A stretch of 64,000 nucleotides of DNA from Camelus dromedarius (GCF_036321535.1 NC_087472.1:91514001-91578000), one strand, 5' to 3'; shown: positions 26,150 to 40,945, counted from the stretch's first letter. Numbers and translations are program-made. The notes: generated by a model from the letters alone, not told the origin.

Positions 26150-27275
26150 GTGCTACCTGTTAACTGTACCAGGTCAGAATCTGGAAGATTAACAAGATGT
26201 ATGAAGCATGGTGGAAAAGAGGAGAGTATAAAAGAGAGAGAAGAAATGTTCAGAGAGAAAGTATATGACACAGAAGAATAGAGAAGCCTGGAAGTCAAAA
26301 TTATTTCATAAGGAGGGACTGTCAACTAGATTTTCCAACTAGGAGAGCATTGGAGATCTTTTCCCAAGCATGTTCAGTAGATTGGTAGAGGTACTAACTA
26401 GGTGGCAACGGCTTGGAAAGTAATGGGTTGAATTTGAGGTGTCCATGCTGCATAGAGAAGGAGGTTGAAAATACAGGTCTGGAATTTTACAAGATATTTG
26501 TATGGAACATAAAGATCTTGGAACCAACAATATGTAAGTATTAACTCATGGAAAATAGATAAAGTTTAGAAGAGTATCAAGATTGGGACTGTAGTGAAAA
26601 ATAATGTTTAAGGCAAGAGTAAAGGGAGTTAAGCCTATAAAGGAGACTGATACAGAGTGGCTAGACAGGCAAGAAAATGACGTCATTCCATGGTAGAGAA
26701 GAGGTTTCAAAGGCAGAGTAAATGAAATTGTTAAATGTTGTAGGGAGGACATCAGACCCTTAAACATTTATTTAGTTTTAGCAACTGGAAGGGCACTGGG
26801 AACTCCTGCAAAGCTATTTCAGTAAAGAAGGGTTGTCATAGGTCAGACCATAATGTGTTGAGGAAGTGAATTCACTGAGTGGACAATACACTTTTAACTT
26901 TTTTTTTTTTTTTTTTCAGCCAAGAGAAGGAGAAAGGGGAGTATTGCCTAGAGGAAAATTCAGGTCCAAGAAAGAGATTACTGTTTTTCATTTGTTTGTC
27001 GTTTTAAAGAGAAACGATACAAATGGCCCTTTAGGGATCTAAATATTGTAGGGAGAAGTGAATTAATAAAGTAAGATCACTAAGGAAGAAAGGAAATATG
27101 AAATCCGTATCACAAGGGTTTAGACTAGATTGGAGAAGAGAAACAACTCATGAACAAAAGCTGGAGGGAAGAGGCAAGGTTGATACAGATGCAAGATAAG
27201 TGGATACATTAGTTGAGGAAGAAAGATAATGAAATTGTAGGAGACCATACCTTCTGGGTTCAATATCTTCTGTGG
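26150..27275 (-). mobile_element. Degenerate L2 fragment
   Basis: gggttgaatttgaggtgtcc...ttagttttagcaactggaagggcactgg. Confidence 0.55.
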
Positions 27276-27802
27276 CAGTTGGGGAGTGGCCTGGAAGAGA
27301 TGGCCTGCCTTGTCAACTCACTTCAATTTCTTGATAGCAAGTGTTCTATACATTTTAATTTTACATTTCCAAAAGTCTAAACTAAAGCTTCACCTTGCCT
27401 TTAAAAATCAGGAGAAACAAACCTTACTATGGCTATGAACTTTGGAGGAATATTAGCTGTATTAGGCTTAGAGACTCCCTTTGGCTAGGAATGGGACATG
27501 GGACTGTGATGAAGATTCAAGCTCGCAGGCTACTGGCATCAGAAAAGTCTGCCAACAAAGCTTTAACCTTAGGACTAAAGTTGAGATGTCGTTCAAGGCT
27601 GGAGAAGCTTGGCAAAAATAGAGGATGTGGGTGCTGGGAGTGTTATCATGGTAGCAGGATGCAGTTACCACAGTGGTTGAATAAGAAAGGTAAGTCTTTT
27701 CAGGAAAAAGCAAAAACCCAGTTAGCAAGACAGAACCAAAATTAGAACTGGTGACTTGATGGTGAGTATTCAAGTAGAACTTATTAAAAAAAAAGTTTGA
27801 CT

Positions 27803-27970
27803 ATACTGGTTCTCAATCATGGGATCATCTGAGGAGCTTTAAAAGCCACTGAAACCTGGATTTCACTCCTGGAAAGTCTAATCTAACTGGCCTGGGAAGA
27901 GGCCTGGACATCAGGGTTTTTATAAGCCTCCTTAGATAATTCCAATGGTTAGTGACACTGAGAACCATAA
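27803..27970. mobile_element. MER5-type hAT MITE
   Basis: tggttctcaa...ctgagaacca terminal inverted repeats. Confidence 0.65.
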
Positions 27971-28519
27971 CTCAAACTAGAATCTGTCCCAGAGGTGGAA
28001 ATAAGACTGGAGGGAATCAGAGAGGTCTTAATGTTCCTGAAACTCTAAATTTACTGGATAAAAGTTAATTTCATTATTTCTCTGCATCCCTCCCTTCCCC
28101 CAGCTGCATATTCTCTGGCTTTCTATGAATCTTTAAATGACTTAGGCTCAAAAAAGTTATCTACTTCTAAGAGAAAGGTTGTAGCTTCAAATTCCTTCTC
28201 AGCCCTCTCTCCATCCAAGAACCCACAAATGATCATCTGTTACCTTTTCTTGTCTTATCCAGAATATTTCTTCTCTCCATTCCCACTGTGACCCATTCTA
28301 CCTACAGCACAAGTAGTTCAAAACATGATGAACTATTATGGCATAAATTAATTATATCAATAGTTCCACATCTGGTCGCCCTGCCCTGCGGTGTTTATCC
28401 TCCAAGCAATTCAATATGTATCTTCCTGATACATGTGTCTTCAAATTTCTCAGCTAGCCTCAAGAGTTACACTACCTATTGAGAAAGCCTCACCTTCACA
28501 TTCAAAGCCTTTGTAGTAG

Positions 28520-29030
28520 ACTCTGTAGATGCCCCTTCCGACATACTCTCAGCTCGCTTGAGTTCACCCGAAGCTGCAGATGGAGACTGTCCCCGATCTG
28601 TTGTCAAATCTTCATCTTTGAGCTCCTGTGTTTCTATATCTGAGGGATTTCCCCAGCAACCTGGGAGTTTCACTTGATGTCTGTGGTAGCAACCCAGAAG
28701 CGTTGGTGGTGTAGTAACCATTACTCCTTAATCTTCAGCCAATGCGGAATCAGACTTTAAAGATAAATACCCTGGCTTCTCCTTCCTCCAGTAGAGTAAT
28801 TCTGCACTGTGTTCCACATGGTTTACCAGGGAATTCCCTAAAGGGACTAAGCCCTCAATTGCCTACAGAGGTAATTTGCTCATCAATGAACCCCTTTGGG
28901 GGGCTTTTCTCCTGTCACTATTTCACTTTCTCATTTATTCTTCTTGAAATTAATTCCCAAACAAACCACTTGCATGCACTCAAGTCCTTGCCTCAGAGTC
29001 CAGTTTGAGGGGAATCCAGACTAAAACTGC
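28520..29030 (+). mobile_element. LTR16-like ERVL LTR
   Basis: aattctgcactgtgttccacatgg...tcccaaacaaaccacttgcatgcactcaagtccttgcctcag...gggaatccagactaa. Confidence 0.65.
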
Positions 29031-31149
29031 CTTTTACTACATCTGACCCAAATTAACCTTAAACCCCTCCACACCAAACTAGACAACTTAAAATTCCCAG
29101 AGGGTTTTCTCATCCTCATCCATCATTCACATCATCCCCTTCCTTAGAAAATCCTTGCTGCCCATTAAAAGAGTATCCCCCTCCTCAAGACCCAGCTCAC
29201 ATTCAGCCTCCATGAAATTATGTCCAGTGTTCCCAAGATAAAAGAGATCTCTGGATTGTCTTAACTCTCATAGCTCTTTGTATAATGTATATTCCTCTCT
29301 TACTGGACACACACATGTACATAAATCATAAATGGAATCAAAATATAAATGTGCTGTTCAAACTGTGAATATAGGCTCAACTCAAAGCAAAGCTTTTCTC
29401 AGCTGTTTCAAACAAGCAGGTTTGAAGAAAAATGGATTTAAAACAAAACAAATACAAAGTATTATCTATTGTTCTGCAGATTCATAGACATGGTTTCTTT
29501 TCTTAAGAGAGAAAAAATAACAAAGATTGTAAACTGACTATACTTCAAAAAAATTTTTTTTAAATAACAAAGGCTACCATTATTACCAATAGACTTCATT
29601 GTATTCAGGGAAAAATTTATCTTTCTAAAACAAATACTACATTATAGATTGAACAGAGTTATTATAACTGCAATAGTTAATATGCTAACTAGTACAGGTG
29701 AATACCATTCTTATTCTACATTTTGGTAGATAATTCTGTATTTAATACATTTTAGATAGATTGGTAGAGAAATAAAACATGACTAAGACATGATTTGAAG
29801 GCATTCAATAAAGGCTAGGACATAACGTCACTAAATCTACGTGGAAACTCACTTTTCCTTTGTAAAAAAGAACATGGTTTTGTCTCTCGAGATTGATTAT
29901 CCCTTAGTCTTTGGGAAAGCATTAAAATGACATACACACTTCCAGGTAGAGTTAAGATCAACATTTCTCTCTTTCTCGTCTTATAATATACTCAATCTTT
30001 TATGTAGTGCTCTCAAAGTTCTTTCTCAAATAGGATTCAGTCCAACAAATATTTATTGAGAGTCATCTATACAAGGCCTCATGCTAAGCAGTGAGGGGGT
30101 ACAAATGTGAATATAATAAGATCCTGTCCCTCCAGGAGTTTGCAGATACCCTGGGCCAATTTATTTATGACTGAGGTTTATAGGAAATTAGCTCTTTACT
30201 AGTGTGAAAGATTTAAAAAACCATGGCATAGCTGCTGGAGGCAAAACTTGATTAACCCTCCCATTTTATGTCCCCTAAGAGTCAATGATCAAGACAGAGA
30301 GAAGGAGATCCTAAAGACTTTTACTTCCTACTTAGTTTTTAAAAGAGAATTTAAATTTAACCAAAAGAATAGAAATTTCTTTATCATTATGCTTTTGTAC
30401 TAAAGAGTACCTTTAGAGACTTAATGTCATTTACAACTAAACAAGCTCTTAATTATATATGACATTCAGCAGATGGCTAGAATATATGCACTAAAATAGT
30501 GAAAATCTCTCTGAGACTGAAAAAAACTGTCTTGGATTAAACAGAAAGAGTAGCTCCGTTGTTAATCATGGTGGGAGGACAGATAATAGTTGCAAAATTA
30601 ACAGGAGACACTGGTTCACTCAAGGCTATGCAACCAATTTCCCCATTGTTGCCTTGATTTGAATGTTTACTGCTTTCTTGGCAATAATGCTCCCAGGGAC
30701 ACTCTGCTATTTCTATCTACTACTAGGGATACCCAACTGTCCTTGAGTCATGATAATACCCAACCTTTACTTAATCCTTGCTTCCCCTGATCCCACCTCA
30801 GAAACACTAATCAGTTCAGAGCCGATCCCCACTTCGCTGGTGCCCTCCACTGAATCCTTCAACAGGAACCCAAATCTTCCAAATATGCCTTCATCCTTCC
30901 TCTTGTTGAGAGCAGCAATCCACAGTCTCTCTAAGGTGCACCCCTCTCACTTCACTGAGGCAATAAATATGATTTGGTCAGATGTTAGACTTGTCTCTGG
31001 TAATCTCTGGCTCATTAGGCTTCAGGAGCACATATGCATACATAGAATAACAAATATTTAAGCAACAACAACAATAACATACTTCAACATACTCTTCATA
31101 GTTGACCTGGGAGGTAAAACACTTATTTAAATTATTTTAAAACTGTGAT

Positions 31150-33920
31150 TTATCCCTTGGAATGGACTTTATAAACAATTATATACCAACAAATTAGATA
31201 ATCCAAATTAAATGAACAAATTCCTAGAAACACAAGCTACCAAATCTGACTCAGTAAGAATAGAAACTCTGAACAGACCTATAAACAAGTGAAGTTTGAA
31301 TCAGTAAGCAAACAACTTCCAACAAAGAAAACTCTTGGACCAGATGGCTTCACTAATAAATTCTACCAAATGTTTAAATACCAATTAACACCAATCCTTC
31401 TCAAACTCTTTGAAAAAAACAGAAGATGATGGACTACTTACAATCTCATTTTATGAGTACTACCCTAATACCAAAATGATACAAAGACATCACAAAAAAA
31501 GAAAATTATAGGCCAATATCCTTTATGAATATAGATGTAAAAAACTTCAACAAAGTACTAGCATAATTAATTCAGCATCATGTTAAAAGGATTACACACC
31601 ATGCCCAGTGAAACTTATCCCAGGAATGTAAGGGTGGTTCAACACATAAAAATCAATTAATATCATACATCATACTAAGAGACATGAAGGAAAAAAGATA
31701 CATGATCACCTCGATGCAGAAAAAACATTTAACAAAATCTAGTAAACTTTTATGATTAAAACACACTCAACAAACTAGAATACCTCAGTCTGATAAACAG
31801 CACCTATGAAAACCCCATAGCTTACATAATAATGGTGAAAGGCTGAAAGCTTTTACTGTAAGGTCAGGAATAAGCCAAAGATGTTTGTTCTCACCATTTC
31901 TATTCAGTCGTGTACTGGAAGTTCTAACCAGGACAAGCAAGCAAGAAAAAGCAATGAAAGGTATCAAAACTGGGAAGAAATAAGTAAAATTATCTCTATC
32001 ATATCTAAGATCATATCAATGAAATAATCTTATATACAGAAAACCATAAAGAATAATTTTTAAAAGTTATTTGTGCTAATAAACAAGTTCAGCAAACTTG
32101 GATACAAGATCAACATACAAAAATCAACTGTATCTCTATAAACTAGCAATGAACAATCTGAACACAAAATTAAGAAAACAATTTCATTTATAGTACATTA
32201 CAGTACCAAAAAGGATCAAATACTTAGGCACAAATTTAACCAAAGAGATATGAGACTTACACAATGAAAACTATTATAAAACATTGTTGAAAGAAATTAA
32301 AGACCTAAATGAATGGAAAGACATCTGTGTTCATGGATTGGAAGATTTAATGTTAAGATAGCAATACTCTCCAAATTTATCTAAAGATTTAATGAAATCC
32401 ATATAAAATTTCAATGCCTTTTTTTTTTTTTGCAGAAATTAACAAACGAATCCTAAAATTCATACGGAATTACACAAATAGCCAAAACAATCTGGAAAAA
32501 GAAGTACAAAGTTGGATGACTTCATATTTCTTGACTTCAAAATTTACTGCAAAGCTGTTATAACCAAAACAGTATAGTATTGGCATAAGAATAGCCATAT
32601 GAATCAATGGAATAAAATTGTGATTTTAGGAATAAACTCTTACATATATGGTCAATTGATTTTCAACAAGGGTGCCAAGACCATTCAATGGTGAAATGAC
32701 AGTCTTTTCAACAAATGGCATTGGGATAACTGGATATCCATGTGCAAAAAATGAATTTGTACTCCTATTTCATACCACATAAATAATTAATTCAGAGTAG
32801 ATCAAATACCTTAATGTAAGAGCTAAAATTATAAAACTCTCTGAAGACATATATGTAAATGTTTATGACCCCTAGATTAGACAGTGGTTTCTTAAATGTG
32901 ACAACCAAAGCATAAGCAACAGAAGGAAAAATAAATAAATTTGACTCCATCAAAAGTAAAACTTTTGTGTATCAAAGCGCCTGTCAGGAAAGTGAAAAAA
33001 CGATTCACAAAATGGTAGAAAATATTTGCAAGAGATCAATATCTAGAACTCTTATTACTCAACTACAAAAATACAAACAACCCAATTAGAAAATGGGCAG
33101 ACTCAAAAAGACATTTCTTCACAGAAGATACACAAATACCTGATCAATAAACACATGAAAAGATTCTCAGCAACACTAATCATTAGGAAAATGTAAATAA
33201 AAGCCACAGTGAAATACCACTTTACATCCACTAGGATGCTATAATTAAAAAAGAAAGAAACAGAAAATAAGAAAGGTTGGTGAGGATGTGTAACCCTCAT
33301 AAATTACTGGTATTGTTAAAATGGTTTGGTGATTCCTCAAAAAGTTAAATATAGAATTATCATGTAACCTAGCAATTCCACTTCTAGGTATATAAAGAAG
33401 AGAAATGAAACCATATGTCCACACAAAAACTTGTACCTGAATGTTTATAGAAGCATTATTCATAATAGCCCCAAAACAGAAAAAGCCCAGTGTCCATCAA
33501 CTGACAAAGAGACAGACAAATATGGTACACTCACATGAGATAAATTTGGCCATAAAAAGGAAAGAAATACTAATACATCCCACAGCATGGACGAACCTTG
33601 AAAACACTACGCTAAGTGAAATAAGCCACACACAAAAGGCCACATATTGTATAATTCCACTTATGTGAAATGTGCAGAATAGGCAAGTCCACAGATACAG
33701 AAAGCGGATTAGTGGTTGCTAAGGCTCTGCGGGAGACAGGAATATGGAGTGACTGCTTAATGAATGGGTAAGTATTTCTTTTTGAGATGATGAAATGTTC
33801 TGGAGTTAAGATAGTGGTGATGGTTGCACAGCACTATATGCATACTAAAAGGCACTGAATTGTACATAAAAATGGTTAAAATGGTGAATTTGTGTTATAT
33901 GAATTGTGCATCAATAAAGT
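31150..33920 (+). mobile_element. Old L1 (L1MB-like) ORF2 3' half and 3'UTR
   Basis: RT remnants (ggaccagatggcttcact, caagatcaacatacaaaaatca) and an L1MB-type 3' end (gatagtggtgatggttgcacagc...tcaataaag); frameshifted. Confidence 0.9.
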
Positions 33921-34069
33921 AAGCCTCTTTGAAGAGCATTTTTGATAGATTGTGAGTTGTTAGACCCAAATGAGAATTACTCTTATATTCTGGTGCTCAG
34001 AATAAGAACTCTACGTAAAAAGCACCTATTTCAAAATGCAATAAACATGTAACTCATACTTTTCATACT

Positions 34070-34500
34070 TTTACCAGAGTACATGGCTGTGCACAGTAAT
34101 GGCTACTTTCCCCAGTCTTCCTTTTCAGCCAGATATGGCTTCGTGACTAAGTCCTGCTCCATGATACATAAAGAAAATGGTGGCATTTAGCTTCTTAATA
34201 AACATGTTTAGAGATATTTTACCACTTATTCCTTGTCTCATTCATCTTCCTGATGGCTGGAATGTGGATGTGATGGCTGTAGATGTATAAGTCATGTTGA
34301 CTATAAGCAGTAGGCTCAGTCACAGTGGAGAAGGAAGATAGAAGGATGTTCATGATGGTTCTCAATGAACATGGAGATGCTTTAACAGCCATGAAGTTTC
34401 CATCCCCAGACTCACTGTAAATGAGATAGAAGTGAACATCTTTGTTGTTCAAGGTACTATTTTGGACTGAATGACTGATTGCCAGACAAACCTAACCTTA
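34070..34500 (+). mobile_element. MLT1 (J-like) LTR fragment
   Basis: ctactttccccagtcttcc...gtgactaagtcctg...ggctggaatgtggatgtgatggctg. Confidence 0.6.
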
Positions 34501-34889
34501 TCCAGCTAGGGCTTTAATAAGAGACATGGGAGAGAGTGAAATGATCTGAACATTCCAAATGTTTTAAATAGAAATTTAAAAGTGAAAGGGATTACATACT
34601 TCAGAGAAGATATACCCAAGGAAGTAACATGACGCAAAGTCCTGATAGATATTCAGTAATTGCCATGGGAAGGAAGGGAAAAGTACCAAATGCTGTATTT
34701 AACCATAAGACAATATTTGACTGCTTTCTTCAGTACACATTCTCACTGAAGTTAATGAGAATTCTAAATTATGTCAACCAATATTATAATGGAAAGATAT
34801 TCCAAAAGATAGAAATCCACTTTACTCAGATCAGATTTATTGCCTTTCAAAATGTGTGTGCGATTATTGCCAACATGTAGAAACCCACA

Positions 34890-36376
34890 TTGAACAAATG
34901 CTCAATATCGCTAATTATCAGAGAAATGCAAATCAAAACTACAATGAGGTATCACCTCACACCAGTCAGAATGGCCATCATTCAAAAGTCCACAAATGAT
35001 AAATGCTGGAGAGGGTGTGGAGAAAAGGGAACTGTCCTACATTGTTGGTGGAAATCTAGCTTGGTGTAGCCACTATGGAAAACAGTATGGAGACTCCTCA
35101 AAAAACTAAAAATAGATTTACTGTATGATCCAGCAATCCCACTGCTGGGCATATGTCCAGAGGGAACTCTAATTCAAAAAGACACATGCACCCCAATGTA
35201 GCACTATTTACAATAGGCAAGATATGGAAGTAACCTAAATATCCATTGACAGATGACTGGATAAAGAAGTTGTGGTATATATATACACAATGGAATACTA
35301 CTCAGCAATAAAAAAGAATGAAATAATGACATTTGCAGCAACATGGATGGATCCAGGGAGTGTCATACTAAGTGGAGTAACTCAAAGACAAATATCATAT
35401 GATGTCACTTAAATGCAGAATCTAAAAAAAATGATACAAATGAACTTATTTACAAAACAGAAAGCGACTCACAGACATAGAAAACAAACTTATGGTTACT
35501 TGTGGGAAAGGGGAATGGGGAAGGGATTAATTAGGAGTTTGGGATTAGCATATACAAACTACTATATATAAAATAAACAACAAGGTCCTCCTGTTTAGCA
35601 TAGAAAACTATATTCAATATCTCATAATAGCTTATAATGAAAAATATGAAAAGGAATATGTATGTATAACTGAATCATTATGCTGTATATCAGAAAGTAA
35701 CACATTGTAAAGTGATTATACACCCAGAAAAATAAATTAATTAATTAAAAAAAAAGAAGCTCAGTTAAAAAATGAAAAATAGTGGGAAAGTTATAAGGTA
35801 CAAAAAAGGACAGGTATATCCAATCTCATTTATCAAAAAGGACATTGAATTAGATAATTAGCTGCACTACTCAAAGATTGTCAGACTGGAAAAATAACTA
35901 AACTCAACTACATGTTCTTTTTAATAAATTCATATAAAACATAAGGATTCTGAAAGGTTGAAAATAAAATAAAAAAATAAATTAGCATGCAAATACCAAA
36001 TTCAGGAAAACCTATTACCTGTATTAATATTGCATCAAATAGGCTTTTAAAGAAAAGTCATTTTTCACTAAAAAAGGGTCATATCATTATAAGAAACAAT
36101 GTATTCATGACAAGCCAAGACATGGAAGGAGCCTAAATGTCTCTTGACTAATTATTGGATAAAGAAGATGTGGTATATGTATGTAATGGAATACTAGTCA
36201 ATCATAAAAAAGAATGAAATAATCTGCAGTAACATGGAGGAATAAACTGGGAGTTTGGGATTTGCAGACACTAACTACTATATATAAAATAGATCAATAA
36301 CAAGGTCCTACTGTACAGCACAGGGAACTATATTCAATACCTTGTAATAGCTTATAATGAAAAAGAATGTGAAAAG

Positions 36377-36435
<59 letters not shown>

Positions 36436-36509
36436 ACTGAATCACTATTCTGTACACCAGAAATTAACACAAAATTATAAACTGACTATATCTCAATAAT
36501 AATAAAAAA
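34890..36509 (+). mobile_element. Composite L1 insertion: L1 3' end + polyA (34896-35755), ~350 bp of old L1-like spacer, second L1 3' end with (AT)n(AC)n + polyA (~36105-36509)
   Basis: Two L1 3'UTRs in tandem; the whole unit is flanked by the direct repeat agaaacccaca (34879-34889 and 36510-36520). Confidence 0.8.
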
Positions 36510-38364
36510 AGAAACCCACAAGCTACTATGATATGGGTATCAAGATAAAGCACTGAAAGAATCATCCAAAAAAAAAATCACATGCCTAAAGAAGGTGCTG
36601 CTCAGTCTGGTTAGAAATGTGAAAAATATTCTGTAATTCTGTTCTGTCAGATTATTTGTTGCAAGATATTCACTATAAAGTTTTTTTTTTAATGTCTACA
36701 AAGGGAAGGGAAGGGGGAGTGAGGTTTCCTTTTAAATAAATACAAACTGAAACTCATAAATTAAGATACAGAAAATGTACATTAGCTCAGCATCTCCATA
36801 AATAGTGATGGTATTGTCCACTTACCCACTTGTTACCTCTCACACTCTGTCCCAGCCACCTGTGTCTCTTCTCAGTTCTTTGCACATACCAAGATGTTTC
36901 CCATTTGAGGGCTTAGTTCCAGCTGTACCTTCCCCTGGCAAATTCCATGTACCCTTCCAGGCCTGACTTAAGTAAGACATCCAAAGAAAATATTTCCTGA
37001 CATTCTTACATTCAGTGAAATAATCAACAGAAAATGCTTAGCACAGTACCTGTAATATATTCAGTGCTTAATAAAAATCTGTTGAATGAACAGATTGTTA
37101 TTATTCAATAATGCAAAACAAGTCAAACATGCAGGAAACACTGAAAAATACACTTGTTGCCAAAGTTTGATTTTTTTCGACATCTATATGTGCAGTGTCT
37201 CAGTGATTTCGGTAAAGATTTAAATAAACTAGGCATAAAATATAGTTAATTATCTTATCTGAGTTAATTGTTCATATTTAGGCAAAAAGCCTTTGTCTAA
37301 TTTATCTTCAGGATGATTATTATGGAAAATTGTATGTCATCAGCTCATATTTCAAAAGTGCATCACACTATTTGTGGGAGCAACATGGCATATGAGGACA
37401 TGCATAGAGCACTTGGAGTATGAGTAAGGTCAGCTCTCATGGCAATAAAACACACCTGCATTGTTACATATTAACTATAGTAACAGACCCTGGGTGAATG
37501 TCTCCATGATATTGGCAAGTTAAACATAAAAGTAATATGTTTGATAGGAAAAATCCTTTTCTTCCTCCCTCCCTCCCCTTTTTCTTTCTTTCTTTCTCCC
37601 TTTCTTTCCTTCCTTCCTTTCCTTTTTTTCTTTAGTAGCAGTTATTAAGCAAAGTTTAACCTTCTTCGACCAAGTTTTTACTTCGTGAATATTGATAAAG
37701 AAAGAAAAAGTTTCTCAGCCCACTTAATTGGTTCAATTGGCTGGATAATGGAAAACAGAATCAGGACTTCATTGTTCTCTTGTATTAACTAGGAGAATGC
37801 TATAGATCCCAATTTTAAAATATGATGTTGAGACCCAACTAATCTACAAAACTGATTCTGGGTCTTAGCATTCTATCTATATTCTCACACAAAAGAAGGG
37901 AGAAGCAATCTGGCTTTCTTTGAAGCCTCTGTGGAAGTGGTTTAGTGGTCATATCAGGGATAAAATTGGGAATCACATTTTCAGTAGCTGAAGAGTGGTG
38001 ATGGGTTGTATGCATTGTTTGCCTACAATAGGTGAAATCGTATGTAAGAAATGTGCTCCCTGACACCTGGTATAGTAAGACTCATACTAACAAAGGATGA
38101 CGGTATTTCCACATACCACTTAAAACAGCCTTGCTACTTGGCAATAGAGCAGTTTTTAATTTACCTGGCCCTTCAGTTTTGAAATTATGTGATTTTTGAG
38201 GTAAATATTTAAATGTAAGAAATGTGTATTACTTAAAATTTTATGCTTAAAGTAGGACCTTATTAATATTTTGATGCTTTAATATTTAAAAGGAACACAA
38301 TGCAAGTTTGTGTAAACTTTGCTGTGTGATGAATAGGGAACATTCCTGGGGTGCAGGTGGCCCT

Positions 38365-38800
38365 GTGGTAGGTGGTATTGTTCACTGCCTCCTGTGAATG
38401 GAGAGAGGCTTACATATCCCTGTCTCATTGATGTCAGGCTTGGCCATGGAACTTGAAATGTTTATTCCTGCAGTAAAATTATATATCATGACACTGTTGA
38501 AATTAAAAATAACCATATGACTTGCTTTAGCCAACAAAATATGGGTGGAAGTAGTGTGTGTCAGTTCTCAGCAGACAATTTATAATCTCATGGATCACCT
38601 TATCTTCTTTCCCTCTGTCACAAAACCAGCCACGTGCCAGGTGGAATTTGCTCTATTAACTTGGATCTTGGCGTGAAGACAGCATGAAACAGCACCACAA
38701 CATACCCATATCATAAGCAAGAAACACACCTTGGCTCTTTTAGGCCACAGAATTTTAAGGGGTTGCTATGTGGCATAACTTAGCCCAAATTGACAGATAC
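38365..38800 (+). mobile_element. MLT1-type LTR
   Basis: ggcttggccatgg...ccatatgacttgctttagccaac...catatcataagcaagaaac...ttaggccacagaatttt. Confidence 0.6.
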
Positions 38801-40099
38801 AGATCCTAGGAGATGTTGCTTTCAAAAATAAATAAGACATGATTTGCATCCTTAAGGACCCTGTTTTATAGTAGAGAAATAAATACATCCAAATAATTAC
38901 AAAACCATACATCAAAAGCTAACAGGGTATGTGAAAAGTACTATGATTACATTGAAGAGAGCCAAATCCTACCTAAAAGGTTTGGGGAATACTTCATGTG
39001 GGAAACAACACTGAATTTGAATTTGGAAGGCTATGTAAGAGTCCAAAGACTCTTTTTTAAAAGGAGGGCATTCTAGAAACAAGTATCATGTTAAAAAGTA
39101 TAGATGAAATTACTTTTGAAAGGAATAGCAAAAAGCATGTGTTTTGGAGATGGATAATATCTGTGTGGGCATCTATAAAACGGGGGGGAAGTTGAACAAT
39201 GGATGCACAAATGTTGTGAGACTACAAAGGGTCTTCTATGACATGCTAGGGAAACAGTGACGATCTAGGCAGATCAGAATTCTAATTTTGTCTCTGTTAT
39301 TAAATATTCTCCTCATGAAAAGGATATTAGCTTCTTAATCTGTACAATGGGATCAATAACTCCTACCTCATAGATTTTGTTTGAAGAACACAGTATCTAA
39401 TGCTCAATAAATCTTAGTTCAGTTCCAGACCCATTTTGCTAAGGAAGTGATGTTTCATGTAATTTGATACATTTGGAGTGGTTTTTTTTCCAAGCAACAG
39501 GTGGATAGGATAAAAATATACTTTGGGAAGACCACTCTGGAAGAGTTTGGAAGATGAAGAGTATAGTGGGATGATGGGAAGCAGGGAGGCCAGTTAGGAG
39601 ATTGGTGCTATACAAGAGATTATGTGGACTCAAGCTGAGGCAGTGATAATATTTGGCTTTCCCCCTTTCTTCTTATGAACTCCTTAGATGTCAGGTGCAT
39701 ATATCAGTGCTCTCACCAGGGCAGCAAAGCACAAGAGAAGAACTTGTGGTTTCCTGAGGTCCCAATTTTCTAAACGTGAATGATGCTGACCTCTTGCTAA
39801 TCACACTAGTATAGGTACTACACCCTCACTGTTGAAGACCATGTACTTTCCAGGGTCTAGGTTACTATGCTTCACCCCATGTTTCAAGTCCTACCCTTCT
39901 CCGCCACTTCTATCCCATCCCTTTATCACCTGGTAATCTGATACTGATCAGTGTTAATGTGATAATGGGACAGAATGTTTTCATTACTTATAGTTTCCAT
40001 GTTTGCTTTCTGAAGACTTTATTATCCCCAAATATTACTATGACTACTACTATTTTTTTACATAATGAATATGATGTTGGGTTTTATTTTTAAGATCAA

Positions 40100-40945
40100 T
40101 TATTCTTAAACTTAGCTACTCATTAGAATTACCTGGGGAGTTTTTCAAACTCTCTATGTGCAGGTCATGCCTCATACTAATTAAATCAGAATCTATGGGA
40201 GTGGGATCTGGTCCTTAGTAAGTAATTTTCCCACTGTTGGTGGAAATGTAAAGTTGTGCAGCCACTGTGGAAAACAGTATGGAAGTTTCTGAAAAAAACT
40301 AAAAATAGAACTATCAGATGATCCAGCAATTCCACTCCTGGGTATACATCTGAAAAAAGGAAAACACTAACTCTAAAAGATACATGCACCCCAATGTTCA
40401 TAGCAGCATTATTTACAATAGCCAAGATATGGAAGCAACCCAAGTGTCTATCAACAGATGAATGAATGAATACATGTACATATAAATATATATATATATA
40501 ATAGAATATTACTTAGCCATAAAAAGAATGAAATTCTTGCATTTGCAACAATGTGGATGGACCTAGATGGTATTATGCTAGTGAAATAAGTCAGAGAAAG
40601 ACAAATACTCAACGTTATCACTTATATGTGGAATCCAAAAAATAATACAAATGAATGTATATAATAAAACAGAAACAGACAGATATAGAGACCAAACTAC
40701 TGGTTACCACTGGGGACAGGGAAGGGAGGAGGGGCAAGATAGGGGTAGGGTACTAAGAGATACAAATTATTATATATAAAATAAGTAAGAAACAAGGATA
40801 TGTTTTACAGCACAGGGAAATATAGCCAGTACTGTGTAATACCTTTAAATGGAGTATAATCTATAAAAGTATTGAATCACTATGCTGTACATTTGAAATT
40901 ACTATAGTATTGTAAATCAACTATACCTCAATAATATATAAACAG
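40100..40945 (+). mobile_element. MER5A-like MITE fragment (40100-40225) followed by a 5'-truncated L1 3' end (40230-40945)
   Basis: cattagaattacctgggga...aaatcagaatctatggg, then cactgttggtggaaatgtaaa...tgtaaatcaactatacctcaata. Confidence 0.8.

Noticed and set aside
37555..37635. TTCC/CT-rich tract as the equivalent of the human NR0B1 GGAA microsatellite
   Set aside because: Only ~3 consecutive TTCC units, and 11 kb upstream; no GGAA array is seen near the promoter.
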